A DNA stretch of 64,000 nucleotides from Octopus bimaculoides. Taxonomy: Eukaryota. Both the position numbers and the translations under genes were made by a program. Where the stretch lies: the NCBI RefSeq assembly GCF_001194135.2, contig NC_068998.1, forward strand, positions 53,035,388-53,099,387, read 5' to 3'. Each line of letters begins with the position of its first letter. Position 1 is the first letter of the stretch. The notes below the pieces were generated by a model that had not been told where the DNA came from, did no database searches, and saw nothing but the letters and a program-made list of their open reading frames with translations. Shown in pieces: positions 51,629-64,000 of this stretch.

Positions 51629-52847
51629 GTACATATTGCAAACACACATTTATACAACTACTTATTCATATACAATGCATGGACACAGACACGCGTGCAT
51701 CTGCACATAGAGACACTCACAAATATATTTGCGTTTATATATTTATCAATATGTTCATATCTGTGTGTATGTGTGCGTGCGTGTGTTTATTGGTGGTGCG
51801 TATTGGTGTGTATTTCTGTATTTATTTATCCTCTCGGTTATGCTGTCCTCTGTTATTTTACGTCTCGTATATTCTCAATTGCTGAAACGGCCATGTTAGC
51901 CTGTAGTAGAAATCGTACTTTTATTCTGGATAGTTTTCAAATCTCACGTTCCCATTAGCTCAATGAAATCCCGTTAGCCGCACACAAAGGGTACTAAATC
52001 CCAAATGGAAAAGAGAATAAATTCTTCCGATATAGATGATAAACATATATGATAAAACAACAATATTATTGGTCTATCTAAAATTTTGGATTAGTTTTCC
52101 GTATCCTTTTCCATAATACCTCCTGTATAAAAATGTGTGTATCCTTAAAAGCAAGATTTCCTAAAGGAAGAGGCAAACGCAGTTCGCAACCCATTAGGAG
52201 TCAGTACTAATCTTCAACTAATGTCTGACGTCGAATCGCAGAATGCCGACGACCGAACGCGCGCCGATGACGGCGGACGGCGCTGGGCAACTCGAATACT
52301 ACCACCTGTGCTACATCTACAGTGTGCCCTTACGAAATTGGACTAGAACCAGATTCAACAGGGTCCTATTTCCTCGCTGCTTCATCCAAACCCGTTTTCT
52401 TGATTTTACGCGTTCAATTTTCGTTCAGGCTCTTGCAGTCTTATTTATTCGCTGTAGGATTTTCATACTAAATGCACGTTGGAGCCCACTCAGAAAGGAA
52501 TATATTTAGAATGTTGAAATTTGTATTTCCAACATTAAGACAGGAGTGAAAAGGTTTTCTTTATTTTATCTCAGTTCTTCTTAAGATTTCACGAAGTAGA
52601 TAAAGATCTTCAGTTTTTTCAGTTGTACTAAGTAGAAATCCGTTATCATTTAGAAGAAAGTACTATTTTATTGTATCATTTTTCTCTATTTGTAACGCTT
52701 TAACATGTGTTGGAATGGCGAAGATATTTGCAGTTATTTTGGACGTACATTTATTGCTGGGAATATGTACTTAGCTACATATAAATACATTTTACGTTAA
52801 AACCGTGTACATATGCAGTTTATGTGCGGGATATTCTTCATCCGATT

Positions 52848-52884
<37 letters not shown>

Positions 52885-52896
<12 letters not shown>

Positions 52897-53215
52897 GAGG
52901 AGGGACACCCTGGCATTAACAGAATATAATTGAATAACTTGATGAAGATTGGTCATCGCGATCAGGAATGCGAGTAGGAAAGTCAACAACTTGTGTGAGC
53001 GATTGAGAAAGTGTAAAATTATACACTTCAATGCCAGATTCATTAGTGCAATGAGGAAACTAGAGCCACTCACCATGGTGAAAATTAAAATCACCAAAGA
53101 TTAATATATTCGCAGAGTCATGAAACAAGAGACCCTTATTGGTGCTGTCAGATACAGACCGTATAACAGAACAATTTTGAGAAGATGTATAACGATAGAG
53201 AAAGAACAAGTGGTT
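52885..53215 (-). mobile_element. APE endonuclease fragment of a LINE (CR1/Jockey/I-group-like)
   Basis: Minus strand FLYRYTSSQNCSVIRSVSDSTNKGLLFHDSANILIFGDFNFHHGEWL*..SGIEVYNFTLSQSLTQVVDFPTRIPDR; GDFN at 53095-53084 and PTRIPDR at 52978-52958. Bounded by (TA)n on both sides. Confidence 0.82.
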
Positions 53216-54294
53216 TTTTGAGTGCACAGGAGAAAGTCGAAAACACACATATATATATATATTCATACATATATCTTGATCGATGTTTGTATTTAAAAAC
53301 GGAAAATATTTCATTAGCTTCTTGAATTGTAATTTTTAGATCGAAGTTGAGAATTTTTGAGAAACTTCAATAATGGGCAATATGATTCTTAAAATACTCT
53401 TTCATGTCATTATAATAATTTTGAGACCAATCGTGAATACTGGTCACATGATAGCATTTCTAAACGGAAATAGATATTTGGTCGGTTTGATGTCCCAATT
53501 TCCTTTCCGGATTAGTAAACAATGCCTGCCTAGATGAAACACACTTCTTGAAATCGAACCGTTCACCTATTCTATTATTCTACTTCCAAGTTTCATTATT
53601 TTTACAACACATTTTTTAAAATGTAGTTTCCACATACATCTTGAATTATATATATATATATATATATATATNNNNNNNNNNNNNNNNNNNNNNNNNNNNN
53701 NNNNNNNNNNNNNNNNNNNNNNNNNNNNNNNNNNNNNNNNNNNNNNNNNNNNNNNNNNNNNNNNNNNNNNNNNNNNNNNNNNNNNNNNNNNNNNNNNNNN
53801 NNNNNNNNNNNNNNNNNNNNNNNNNNNNNNNNNNNNNNNNNNNNNNNNNNNNNNNNNNNNNNNNNNNNNNNNNNNNNNNNNNNNNNNNNNNNNNNNNNNN
53901 NNNNNNNNNNNNNNNNNNNNNNNNNNNNNNNNNNNNNNNNNNNNNNNNNNNNNNNNNNNNNNNNNNNNNNNNNNNNNNNNNNNNNNNNNNNNNNNNNNNN
54001 NNNNNNNNNNNNNNNNNNNNNNNNNNNNNNNNNNNNNNNNNNNNNNNNNNNNNNNNNNNNNNNNNNNNNNNNNNNNNNNNNNNNNNNNNNNNNNNNNNNN
54101 NNNNNNNNNNNNNNNNNNNNNNNNNNNNNNNNNNNNNNNNNNNNNNNNNNNNNNNNNNNNNNNNNNNNNNNNNNNNNNNNNNNNNNNNNNNNNNNNNNNN
54201 NNNNNNNNNNNNNNNNNNNNNNNNNNNNNNNNNNNNNNNNNNNNNNNNNNNNNNNNNNNNNNNNNNNNNNNNNNNNNNNNNNNNNNNNNNNNNN

Positions 54295-54367
<73 letters not shown>

Positions 54368-55944
54368 AACTCTTTGGATGAACGTAATGGGTGGTTGATT
54401 TATTACCTGTTGTTATGTTTTTCGAGCAAACGAGTAAAGCAACATGATTAGGATTCTAAATGTGTAGAGACACATCTATGCGCTGTAAATCCTTTTATCC
54501 ATTTCTGTACAGATATTCGGAAATGACCCAACCTAATGTTACGTGATACGACAATAAAATGTATCGCCCAATCCAAACCCAATTGGATTCAACCAAATTT
54601 GTAAATATCTTTCAGGCTAATAATTTGTGCATGTGCGCATATGGGGATGGATGTCTCTGTGTATATGTGTGCTTTATGTTGTAGAGTAAAGTCTCTTTAT
54701 AATAAAGGTTGTTTCTCTCCATTTTTTTTGCTTTATTATCGATTCCACTGAAGTATAGGTCTATAAAAATCAAGGGAAAATGAAGACAAACGGAACGATA
54801 ACTATAGCCGTGTCGATGATAAATGTGATGATGATGAAAGAGCTAATGTTGATTATGATGGCTATGAATAGGCTGATAATCATCATAATCACCATGTCGA
54901 TTCCGACGACGATGATAATGATTCTGATGATAATAATTTAAATCTAATTGTTCAGACGAAACAAAAAATAAGAAAGTAAATCAATTTATTTTTTCCAGAT
55001 AACAAAACAGATTTATCGTCTGTGATATGTGATCAAAATATGCTTATAGAATTTTTGTTTTAATTAACAACGGTAGATTCATTCGCTTAAACAACTGTTA
55101 TAAACAATTGTTTAATTTCCTGCTTGATGTCACACAATAGATGTATCGGACAATTAACTAGTTTCAGGTTCAAAGTTGAAAATATAATCTCACTTTGTAA
55201 AACCGGAGTAACATATAATGTGTTAGGTAATTTCAAATATATGTACATAAATAATTATATAAAAAAAGCAACACAACACAGATAACATTAATCAAAAGTA
55301 TACCAAAATTAATGATAAAATTAGCTTGTGTAGAAACTTATGAGGTCATTATTTGACCAAAGGTCAGTAGTATATTATATATAAGAAACATTTATAGTTC
55401 CAACAAGAAAAGTCGACCAAACCATGGATATCGAATTAGACACAATGCAGACTGATACTTTTTTATATTTTTCAATGTCTAGAAAATATTTGACAGTCAA
55501 ATAGAATATCGAGAATAATATCGTTATTTGAAATACGTTTATGAGGTGAAGTCTGACAGAATATGATGTCGAATTCCTATTTGAAAACGGAACAGACAGG
55601 ATATCGCCACTAACGATTTAATGTGTCAATGTCAAAGCGAAATGGGCCGAGCTGTTTCGATGCTGACCATTTGGAACAGCTGAGTGGATATTCTACACAT
55701 TTGGGGCGCTGGTGGCAAACACACGTATTTAGATACACACACATGGGCCCAATCTGGCACACATGCACACAAACACCAGAGAATATACATACACTGGAAG
55801 AGCGTTTGAGAAATATTACACACATATATAAGCATGAATAGTTGCTCATATCCATAGTGAGAAAGGAAGAAAGGGAGAGAGACCAAGAGACAGAGACAAA
55901 GGAAGTAAAATTCATTATACATGCATAGAAATGTTACTAGATGC

Positions 55945-55960
55945 TGAGAGAGAGAGAGAG

Positions 55961-56013
<53 letters not shown>
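55945..56013. repeat. (GA)n microsatellite
   Basis: Nearly pure GA run. Other dinucleotide arrays include 7620-7703, 11023-11078, 34800-34880, 41276-41340 and 54295-54358; (GACA)/(GATA) at 57675-57732. Confidence 0.97.
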
Positions 56014-56014
<1 letters not shown>

Positions 56015-57084
56015 AAGAAATAATGAAAATTAATAAACTTTAGTACAGCGTAAATTGATGATATTGACAAAATCGTCATGCGTAGATACAGGTTGCTAAA
56101 TTGTGCTTTTCGGCCTCAATAAACCAGAATTTGCTGTTTCCACTTTCTTGTTCTCACTCTCTCACTAGTCTACAGTAAAAGACAGATGTCTACAGTAAAA
56201 TACAGATGGGAATTAGGGTTTTACTTTATTAAACATAGTTTAGAAAGTCAGCGAAAAGGAATTTTGATCTATTCATAAATATTAACTCGTCCTGTTTTCA
56301 ATTGCTTATTTCTGTATTTCACAACACGCACCGTACACTCATATTTAATTAGTATTAGGCTGAATTGAACGACGTTTTATGAAATTAGTTGCACGTGAAT
56401 CCCATTAAACCCCTCTCGTGACCCTTAGGTGTCTGACATGATTAACAAAGGATCGATTGTCATTTGACGTAGTCCCTTTTGTTAGGTACAAGAACAGTAA
56501 CAAAAACAGCAGCAACAGGCACGAAACCGACAAAACCAAATAGAGCACCATAAACAATAACATAAAGAAGTAAAAAATAACAAACAAACAAACAAAACTG
56601 GCAACAATAATAACACTGTGAAATATAAAATACAGTATTAATATATTTACTTAAAAGATTCCACTTAATTAGGTCTTTGAGAAAGTAATATCCATTTTTC
56701 TTTATAATTTCCCTCTTGATACTGTGACGTCAAATATATATCAGATAAAGAATGTTAGACAAACAGGAACATTTTCTTTTTCGAAAAGTTAACTGCCCCT
56801 TATCTTGATTGTTAGAGAATATGACAAATGGTAAACTATTGAGACGAATAAAATAGAATATTCCCTGAGGGGGAGCTATACAAGATCGACATTGCAATAT
56901 TGGCAGACTCGGTGTAATTAATAGAAAAATTAATGTGGTTGTCCCTAGTTTAATTCAGGGTTATCAGTAAGACGTCAATTTCATCTGAACAGGGATTTAA
57001 GTATTTAACACAACAAACAACAGTTATGCCTATAAAGACCGACATCTCATAATTTCCTACAGAAAAAAGAAGATCTTGTAAATT

Positions 57085-57354
57085 AAACATTTTGTGCTCT
57101 CACAAACGAGAATACTAAAAATGAACCCGACCGCTCTCAAAAACTGAATTAAAAAAAGGGAAAAATAATCCAGAATCCTTGCCCGGTACCGCATCGATCG
57201 TAAAATCTAATCATTTCGTGCTAGTCACGAGGCCAAACATCTCTGAAAGTTCCATTCGAAACCATCCAACGGGTTTTGAGATATCTTGTCGGATAACAAA
57301 CAATCAAACACGACTGAAATAATACCTCTGCCTTAGCGAAGGCGAAGGTAATAA
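57085..57354 (+). mobile_element. Non-autonomous Helentron/HINE-like element
   Basis: Typical body AAAATCTAATCA..GAAAGTTCCATTCGAAACCATCC..TTTTGAGATATCTTG..ACAAACAA and a terminal hairpin TACCTCTGCCTT-AGCG-AAGGCGAAGGTA (57323-57350; 12-bp stem with 1 mismatch and 1 wobble) followed by ATAA. Confidence 0.55.
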
Positions 57355-59813
57355 AGCTCACACAAATATGTGTGTTTACCTTCTTCTAAGCGACATATAT
57401 GGTTTGGCGTTTACAGAGAAAAAGGAAACATTTCAATACACAAGGACAGACTGAAAATATAAGTTGTACATACGGTATATTTCTTTTTTTCATCAAGAAC
57501 ATTGTGTAGCTGAAGTGAAGTAGTTGTTACAGGACGATGACCAACTGAAAATTTACAGAATTAAACGTCTGTGTTTCGCTAAGCACCAAACCTTAGCAGC
57601 ACAAGTTTAAAATTAGTGGTTATCTTTACTATTTGACGGGGATAAGGAATTAATATGCAACCACCACATAAAAGACAGACAGACAGACAGACAGATAGAT
57701 AAACAGACACAGATAGATAGATAGATAGATAGAAAGGTAAACAGTCATACAGATATAGGAAAGTGTCCGTGTGTATGAGTCTGGATATTTATATGAAATT
57801 TATTTTCCCGTCTGTAATGAATTGGAACTTGTATAAAACATAATGCGTCTGGTGGCAATGTATTATGATATATTTGTTGCGACAGCTTCATACAATAAAT
57901 TTAAATTTTAACTTTTGAATATAACACAATGTATTCCTTCTTTTTTTTTAATCTAAGTTTTCGATTTTAATAAAGTACTATGGCTAGAAAATTAATGGCG
58001 AATATTTGGTAAACTGGTACCACTGTTATAGTCATTGACAATGTTCTGGGTTCATATTGAAATACATTGAATAATTACCTTTTGTTGCAATATGAGAGGC
58101 CAAATGAAAACTGCAATGTTGTGATATCACACCAAATGTGGATTGCACCAGCAACAATGAGAGAACATCAAGGACTAGTTATTGATTTTTTATGTAGTAA
58201 GTAATAATCGTAGTTCCTTTGTCACTGCTTTAATCACGAAAGATGGGCACCACCTGCAATATCATCCTGATATTTGTCACTATCATCTTCATCATCAATC
58301 GTAGGAGGATCACTTGCAAAAATGTAACGTTATTTTATTAACTATTATCGTTGGTTTCACATTCCTGAAACTAATATTAAATTGAAAAGTAAACTTTTAC
58401 AATATTCGCTACTCATGATCAATGAAACACCTCAATATCTCTTGTACAAAATTTCTATTATGCTTAAACTTAACAGCTTGCGTTTTATGTCAGGTGTCTG
58501 TTGGTATATTCCTACGCAAGGGTTCACTCTACATAGTAATTGCCAATTTAATCTGAATTTATATATATATATATATATATATNNNNNNNNNNNNNNNNNN
58601 NNNNNNNNNNNNNNNNNNNNNNNNNNNNNNNNNNNNNNNNNNNNNNNNNNNNNNNNNNNNNNNNNNNTTTTTTTTTCATTTTTACTGTACATCATTTGTA
58701 AATAGAAACTACACAGTAACACCAAATCAAAAATATATAAACTTCTATATAGTTATTTCGTAGATTATAGTTGGTGTAATCGACAATGCCTATAACTCTA
58801 TAGGCAGACCTGTAAATGTTAGATGCAAGACGTGAATTGTTTACCCTTTAGTTGCAGAACTACCTTCCACGCCACTCTTACTTGGCTGAATTACCATTCG
58901 GATATAAGTTTCACGGTAACAGGCACATTTAAAGCAACAAACAATTCGAAATCCGAAATAACATCACTTTGAAATTATCTTAATGCACAACGTAACGTCT
59001 TAAACAATGGAGTCCAAGTTACTCTTAATATAGAGAACAGATATATTCCTACTATCTTCACTTGTTCTGGAATGCTTTCCTGCGACATTTGAGTTAGATA
59101 TTTATTAGATGCATACTTGTAGCTACTATCTGTCATATTTTACTATTTCTGTAGAAAATCACGTAGGCGTCTAAAGTACATATACTAATTGAAATTAGAA
59201 TTTTTTCTATTCCGTTCTTTAATTTCTGACATGAACGATTAGAATGTGCGTGAGAGCGGTTGGTATCATCCACTTACAAAATGACATGTTGCTGCAATTT
59301 AGTTATCTTGCAGAAATATGTTTAAAAAGCTAATTAAACAGTAATACCAAGAACAATTCTCTCACATACTCTAATAAATTATATTTATTAAATTATGTGT
59401 AGAATTTAAAATAATAACTCAATACTGGCAATATACATATTTTTCTAACGGTACGATGGACTTCTCTGAATATAGAAAAAGTAATTTTCATAACAGCTAA
59501 TAATTTCTATGTTTGCAAATTAAGCAAGATAATAAAATATAGAAAGAAAAATATGAAATGAAAATATTAACTTTTAAAAAATATCTGACTTAAATCAAGT
59601 AATTAGAACTCCAAATAATGCAATACATAAAAAGTGTATATGAAATAATTATATTTTATATTGCATTCTAATATAATAAATGGAAATTGTAATTATTTGT
59701 ATATGCGTAATATAGTTGACTTAATGTGGATTGAAAAACAGAGAGGTGTGTCTGTCATTAGAGAGATATATCCAAGGCAAATGCGTCACCGGTAAATAGG
59801 AGTAGATCTCTTT

Positions 59814-59835
59814 GAGACGTCTCATGAGACGTCTC
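59814..59835. repeat. Perfect 22-bp palindrome GAGACGTCTCATGAGACGTCTC
   Basis: Self-complementary; a tandem duplication of a palindromic unit. Confidence 0.9.
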
Positions 59836-61023
59836 GGTTATTTATAGTCATTAGGAATTATTTAGAATAGTGTTGTGAGAATAGTGTTGTGAGAATAGTT
59901 TGTAATTGTCGAATAATTATTCAAGAACTTGAAAAATATTAGAAAAAACAACGCCGTGTTAAAATAGTCGGTGGCGAATTTTGGGACAGAGGATAATCCT
60001 GAGATTCTTAAATTATTCTACAGATTATCCTCAGAGAGATTCACGAGAAAAATGACCGTCGTTTAAAGCCAGTTAACCTCTTACATAACATGTTCTAGTT
60101 GTTTCATATAACTATGTAAGCTCAGGTGTTGAGAGAATTAGATGTATATAGGTGTTACAGAAGCCTGATGTGAATCATGGTATATATTACACCACTATGT
60201 GGAATCGGAAATGCATGAATTCAAACAACTGCGTTGGTGCCTCAGTGGAGTACATCAACTCTAATAGCTATACATTGAAACACACACATACACATAGGTA
60301 CAAAAGACACATACATACACACACATACTCACACACACACACACACGCGTGTGTGTGCGTGTAAAATTATTTGTAAGTTACTAATGATGAAATCCCGAGT
60401 TGACAAGTCGAAACTTTATAACTACCTCATAAATTCATAAATACAGAAAGTTATTGTCACTAAAGAAATGAAATAATTCAGAAGAAGAGAATATCAACTA
60501 CTTTATGCTGTCTACTGCTAGCCAGTTATTGTCATGGCAGATATTTATTCACAGAAAGAAAACAGCTAAAGGGAAAATGAAATATATATATATACGTAAA
60601 TTTCCAAACCAAGAGAAATAGCTGGTACATTATATATTATATGAAAATGCACTTCTGTCTTTTGTAAAAAGATATATTTCCCACGTAATAATTTTGGTTC
60701 AGCATAACTACTACATTGAGAATAGCAGTTGAATGTGAATTATGTGCAGGATGGTATTATTTTCAAATGATATATCTCCTTTACCGATGAACCATTTTTC
60801 TTGTCCAGTCCTGACTGTTTCTTGACAATTGCAAAATAATATAGCTGGCATATAACGATAATTGTGAAATATGACGTCGCTATTCGATATCTAAATATAT
60901 ATTATATATATGTAAATACATTTATATTTATGTGTACACATAAAAGTCAGATAATAACTATAGTTATAACAGTCTAATTCATATGTATACATACATAAAT
61001 GTATATGCATATATATATATGTA

Positions 61024-61030
<7 letters not shown>

Positions 61031-61072
<42 letters not shown>

Positions 61073-61098
61073 TGTGTGTGTATATGTGTGTGTGTATA

Positions 61099-61131
<33 letters not shown>

Positions 61132-61354
61132 ATATATGTGTGTGTGTGTGTCTATATATATATGTGTGTGTGTATATATATATGTGTATATATATATATG
61201 TGTGTATATATGTGTGTGTATATATATGTGTGTGTATATATATGTGTGTGTATATATATGTTTGTGTATATATATGCGTGTGTATATATATATATGTGTA
61301 TATATATATATATATGTGTATATATATATGTGTGTGTATATATGTATATATGTA

Positions 61355-61425
<71 letters not shown>
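61031..61425. repeat. Compound (TG)n/(TA)n mosaic, then (TC)n and (TA)n
   Basis: Alternating TG and TA blocks with a recurring TATATATGTGTGTG unit, (TC)n ~61355-61381, (TA)n to ~61423. Confidence 0.97.
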
Positions 61426-61428
<3 letters not shown>

Positions 61429-64000
61429 ATATCTTTGTATACGTAGAGGGAGAGGGAGACAGAAATAAGTATATATATTTTGTAGATAGTAACATTGAAA
61501 TGGTATTTCAAAAAAGTAGTGAAATAACATATAAAAGAGGAGGCACGGACACAATCATTAGTTCAGAAACTTTTACAAGTTTCTGATAATACTATGCAGA
61601 AATCTCATAATAATCACGTATGTTTAATATTTATTTGTTTGCAGTATATATACCGACAATATATTGATATATCTCTCCCTGTACATTCAGAGACAAGTGA
61701 AACATGCTTACCTTTAAAATTAATAGCAATGGTGACCTGCATGATTCAAAAGTCATTGCGAACACTTTGCATAAACTCCGTCAGGTCAGAAATAATAGAC
61801 TATTATAAATAAGGTATATTTTCGAAATACCAAGTTTATGACATAATTTATCATTGTCAGCAATTCCTCAGATGTTTGTGGCAACTACTAAAATACCATT
61901 AAAATACTCTCTACATTACAGTAACGAATTTAGGAATAGCTTCTGGAATGATTTTGCACAACGTATCGGGTATTTCTAGGTATTACGTTCGATTTACCAG
62001 CGTTTTCCTTTATACTGTAATATTGTGTCTAATCATAAGTGAACCTGTTTACATTTTCAAGAAATACGTAAAGAATTCTCTCTGTACATTGATAATATAT
62101 ATATATATACATACGCACGCCTATATGTATATATACATGCATATATGCACATATGTATATACATATATCTATATATATTTATAAAATATTTAATTATAAA
62201 AATATAATTACAATTATACAAGTATAATTATAATTAAGGATGCCAACGCCTATAAATAGAGAACAAATTGAGAGTAGATTGTAGGTAGTTGACATCTACT
62301 TCTAGTGTATATGCGTTGGAATTCCAGTGACCTTCATTATAATTATATTTTTATGATTATATACTTGAAACTTAACTCTACCGATATGGTCGGTTTTTAT
62401 ACGCTAGCTATTGATATAAGAATTTTAATGATTATATCCTCAGCAGGAAAAACACTGCTGATAACCAGAGAAAAGAACTGTAACAAAGATTTAAAAACCC
62501 AAACTTAGTAGTGTTGATTTACTTATCAACACTGGTAGAATGGCTACAGCAGGATTTGAAATTAGCTTTGAAAGTCAAAACATGAAGGATATTCGGCCGA
62601 TTGCAGAATCTCATCACCATTGATTTGCATATAAATTGATAGCTTATTTGAAGATATAATCGTTACAATAACCTTATACATGTATATAATTGTCCATGAG
62701 CTGTAATGTTGAGATAAGTATGGTGCTAACGAAACGTAGGTGACGGGAAAGGGAAACGGCAATGCGTAATATTTGACTAATTTAGATTTTACATTGAACA
62801 TTGAGACAGGTTTTTTGTGTCTTGAGAGAGTCAGTATATCAATAATAAAAGCACACGCACTGGTTTAATTCCACTTCTTTATTATTAGTCAACTGGATAT
62901 AAATCTAACCAATTAGCTAATCAATCATTTGTTCAACATGTTGGTTAAAATATCAATCGGGTGTTTATTTGTCCGTTAAAGTTCTTTTGTTGTCGTTCAC
63001 TACGTTTTAAGGAGCTGTTATTTAATATACGCATAACAACTCTCCCGAGACGCAACACCATTTGTTTCAGCACATGAATTCACATCAAGACTCTTACAAA
63101 ACAAATACAAAGACGAAATAAGACAGATGATAGGAGAAAAAAAACTTTTTTGAAAATTCCGTCCAAAACACTGAAAGTTAACAGAATTCGAACATTCAGT
63201 CTATTCAGTAGATTAATCGATAAGTTATTACTTGTAAGAGAACGGAAAATCTGAAACAGTAACCTATTCGACAATATGAAAGGGTCACGGGAAGTGAAAC
63301 GACATGACATTCTAATATTACTGAGAGGTAAAAGACTGCATTCTTAATCGCAAATTAAAAGCACTAAGAAGTTCTGATCTATTTTTGAGTTGGCTGGTGT
63401 AATTATGTAGATTTATTCGTTCATGCAGCCAAGACCTGTCTCCTACCAATAACTTTTGGATGATGGGGTCTCTTCTAGAGAGAATAATAATTCTAATGTA
63501 CACCAGTAAATTAAGTAAAGTACTCTGATGAAACCAATATCGATTTTGCTGTAGTCGTTCATATCGGTGACACAGATTGGTCTCTGGTATTTTCTTTTAT
63601 AGTTTTATTTCATATCAAATTTTGAAATAAATGAATTTACTAATAATCTAGTCATAATTAGATATTAACTAATATGTGTGCCGGTGAAATGTGAGGATTA
63701 GAATCTTATTTCTAGATATGATAAAGACAAAATTGAGACATTATAGAACACAGCATTTCAACGTCTGCTCTATAATTGAAGATAACGTTTATAAAAGAGG
63801 AAAAGAAAAGTTTTATCAATGCAATACAGTGTACTAGACAGTAACGAAATTAAAGTTTTCGTTCTCTGATTTATATTTGAACAATAATGATGCTCCTCTA
63901 CACCTTAAGGAAACATTTATTCGAGAGAAGTATGGGAAAATAGCAATGGCATAAATTACACATAAAGTATTTCATATATCACAATGTGTGAGAGCATATA

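Larger units (their letters stand above)
7120..58667. other. Ten assembly gaps (N runs)
   Basis: 7120-7452, 9868-10155, 16033-16654, 27388-27594, 30356-30750, 33642-34084, 37504-38220, 51379-51482, 53672-54294, 58583-58667. Confidence 0.99.

Noticed and set aside
58200-58320. Minus-strand acidic peptide PPTIDDEDDSDKYQDD, like a piggyBac N-terminus
   Set aside because: Low-complexity GAT-derived; no catalytic motifs nearby.
60974-61586. Long YI/HT/CV-repeat ORFs (also all ORFs spanning N runs)
   Set aside because: Translations of dinucleotide microsatellites or assembly gaps.
1-64000. CRISPR arrays, rRNA, intact tRNA genes, prokaryotic operons
   Set aside because: None seen; tRNA-like segments are degenerate SINE or PLE heads, and regular repeats are simple microsatellites.

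Overview
AT-rich eukaryotic, repeat-dominated DNA, apparently intergenic or intronic, from a gapped short-read assembly (10 N-gaps, 3,817 N in total, nearly all flanked by (TA)n/(CA)n/(CT)n). The SINE families and microsatellite load look like an octopod (Octopus-like) genome; this is recognition from memory, not verified. I found no credible host protein-coding exon, and almost all listed ORFs are microsatellite, low-complexity or N-gap artefacts. Supported content: a 5'-truncated Penelope-like element (GIY-YIG endonuclease relic) whose 3' end carries a tRNA-Ser-like Pol III A/B-box module followed by a minimal hammerhead ribozyme (HHR); a second, inverted piece of the same terminus; further HHR-like motifs beside microsatellites; an internally deleted DD37D (maT) Tc1/mariner; an R4/Dong-like LINE fragment next to (TAA)n; an APE endonuclease fragment; hAT, Tc1, RTE and possible piggyBac relics; two Tigger/pogo-type MITEs; a Helentron/HINE-like element; about 20 SINE copies from at least 4 families; and several fold-back palindromes (274 bp near-perfect, 108 bp (AT)n-centred, 89 bp). 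The strongest candidate novelty is the tRNA-promoter plus hammerhead terminus of the Penelope-like element. All family assignments come from motif recognition by eye; no searches were run.
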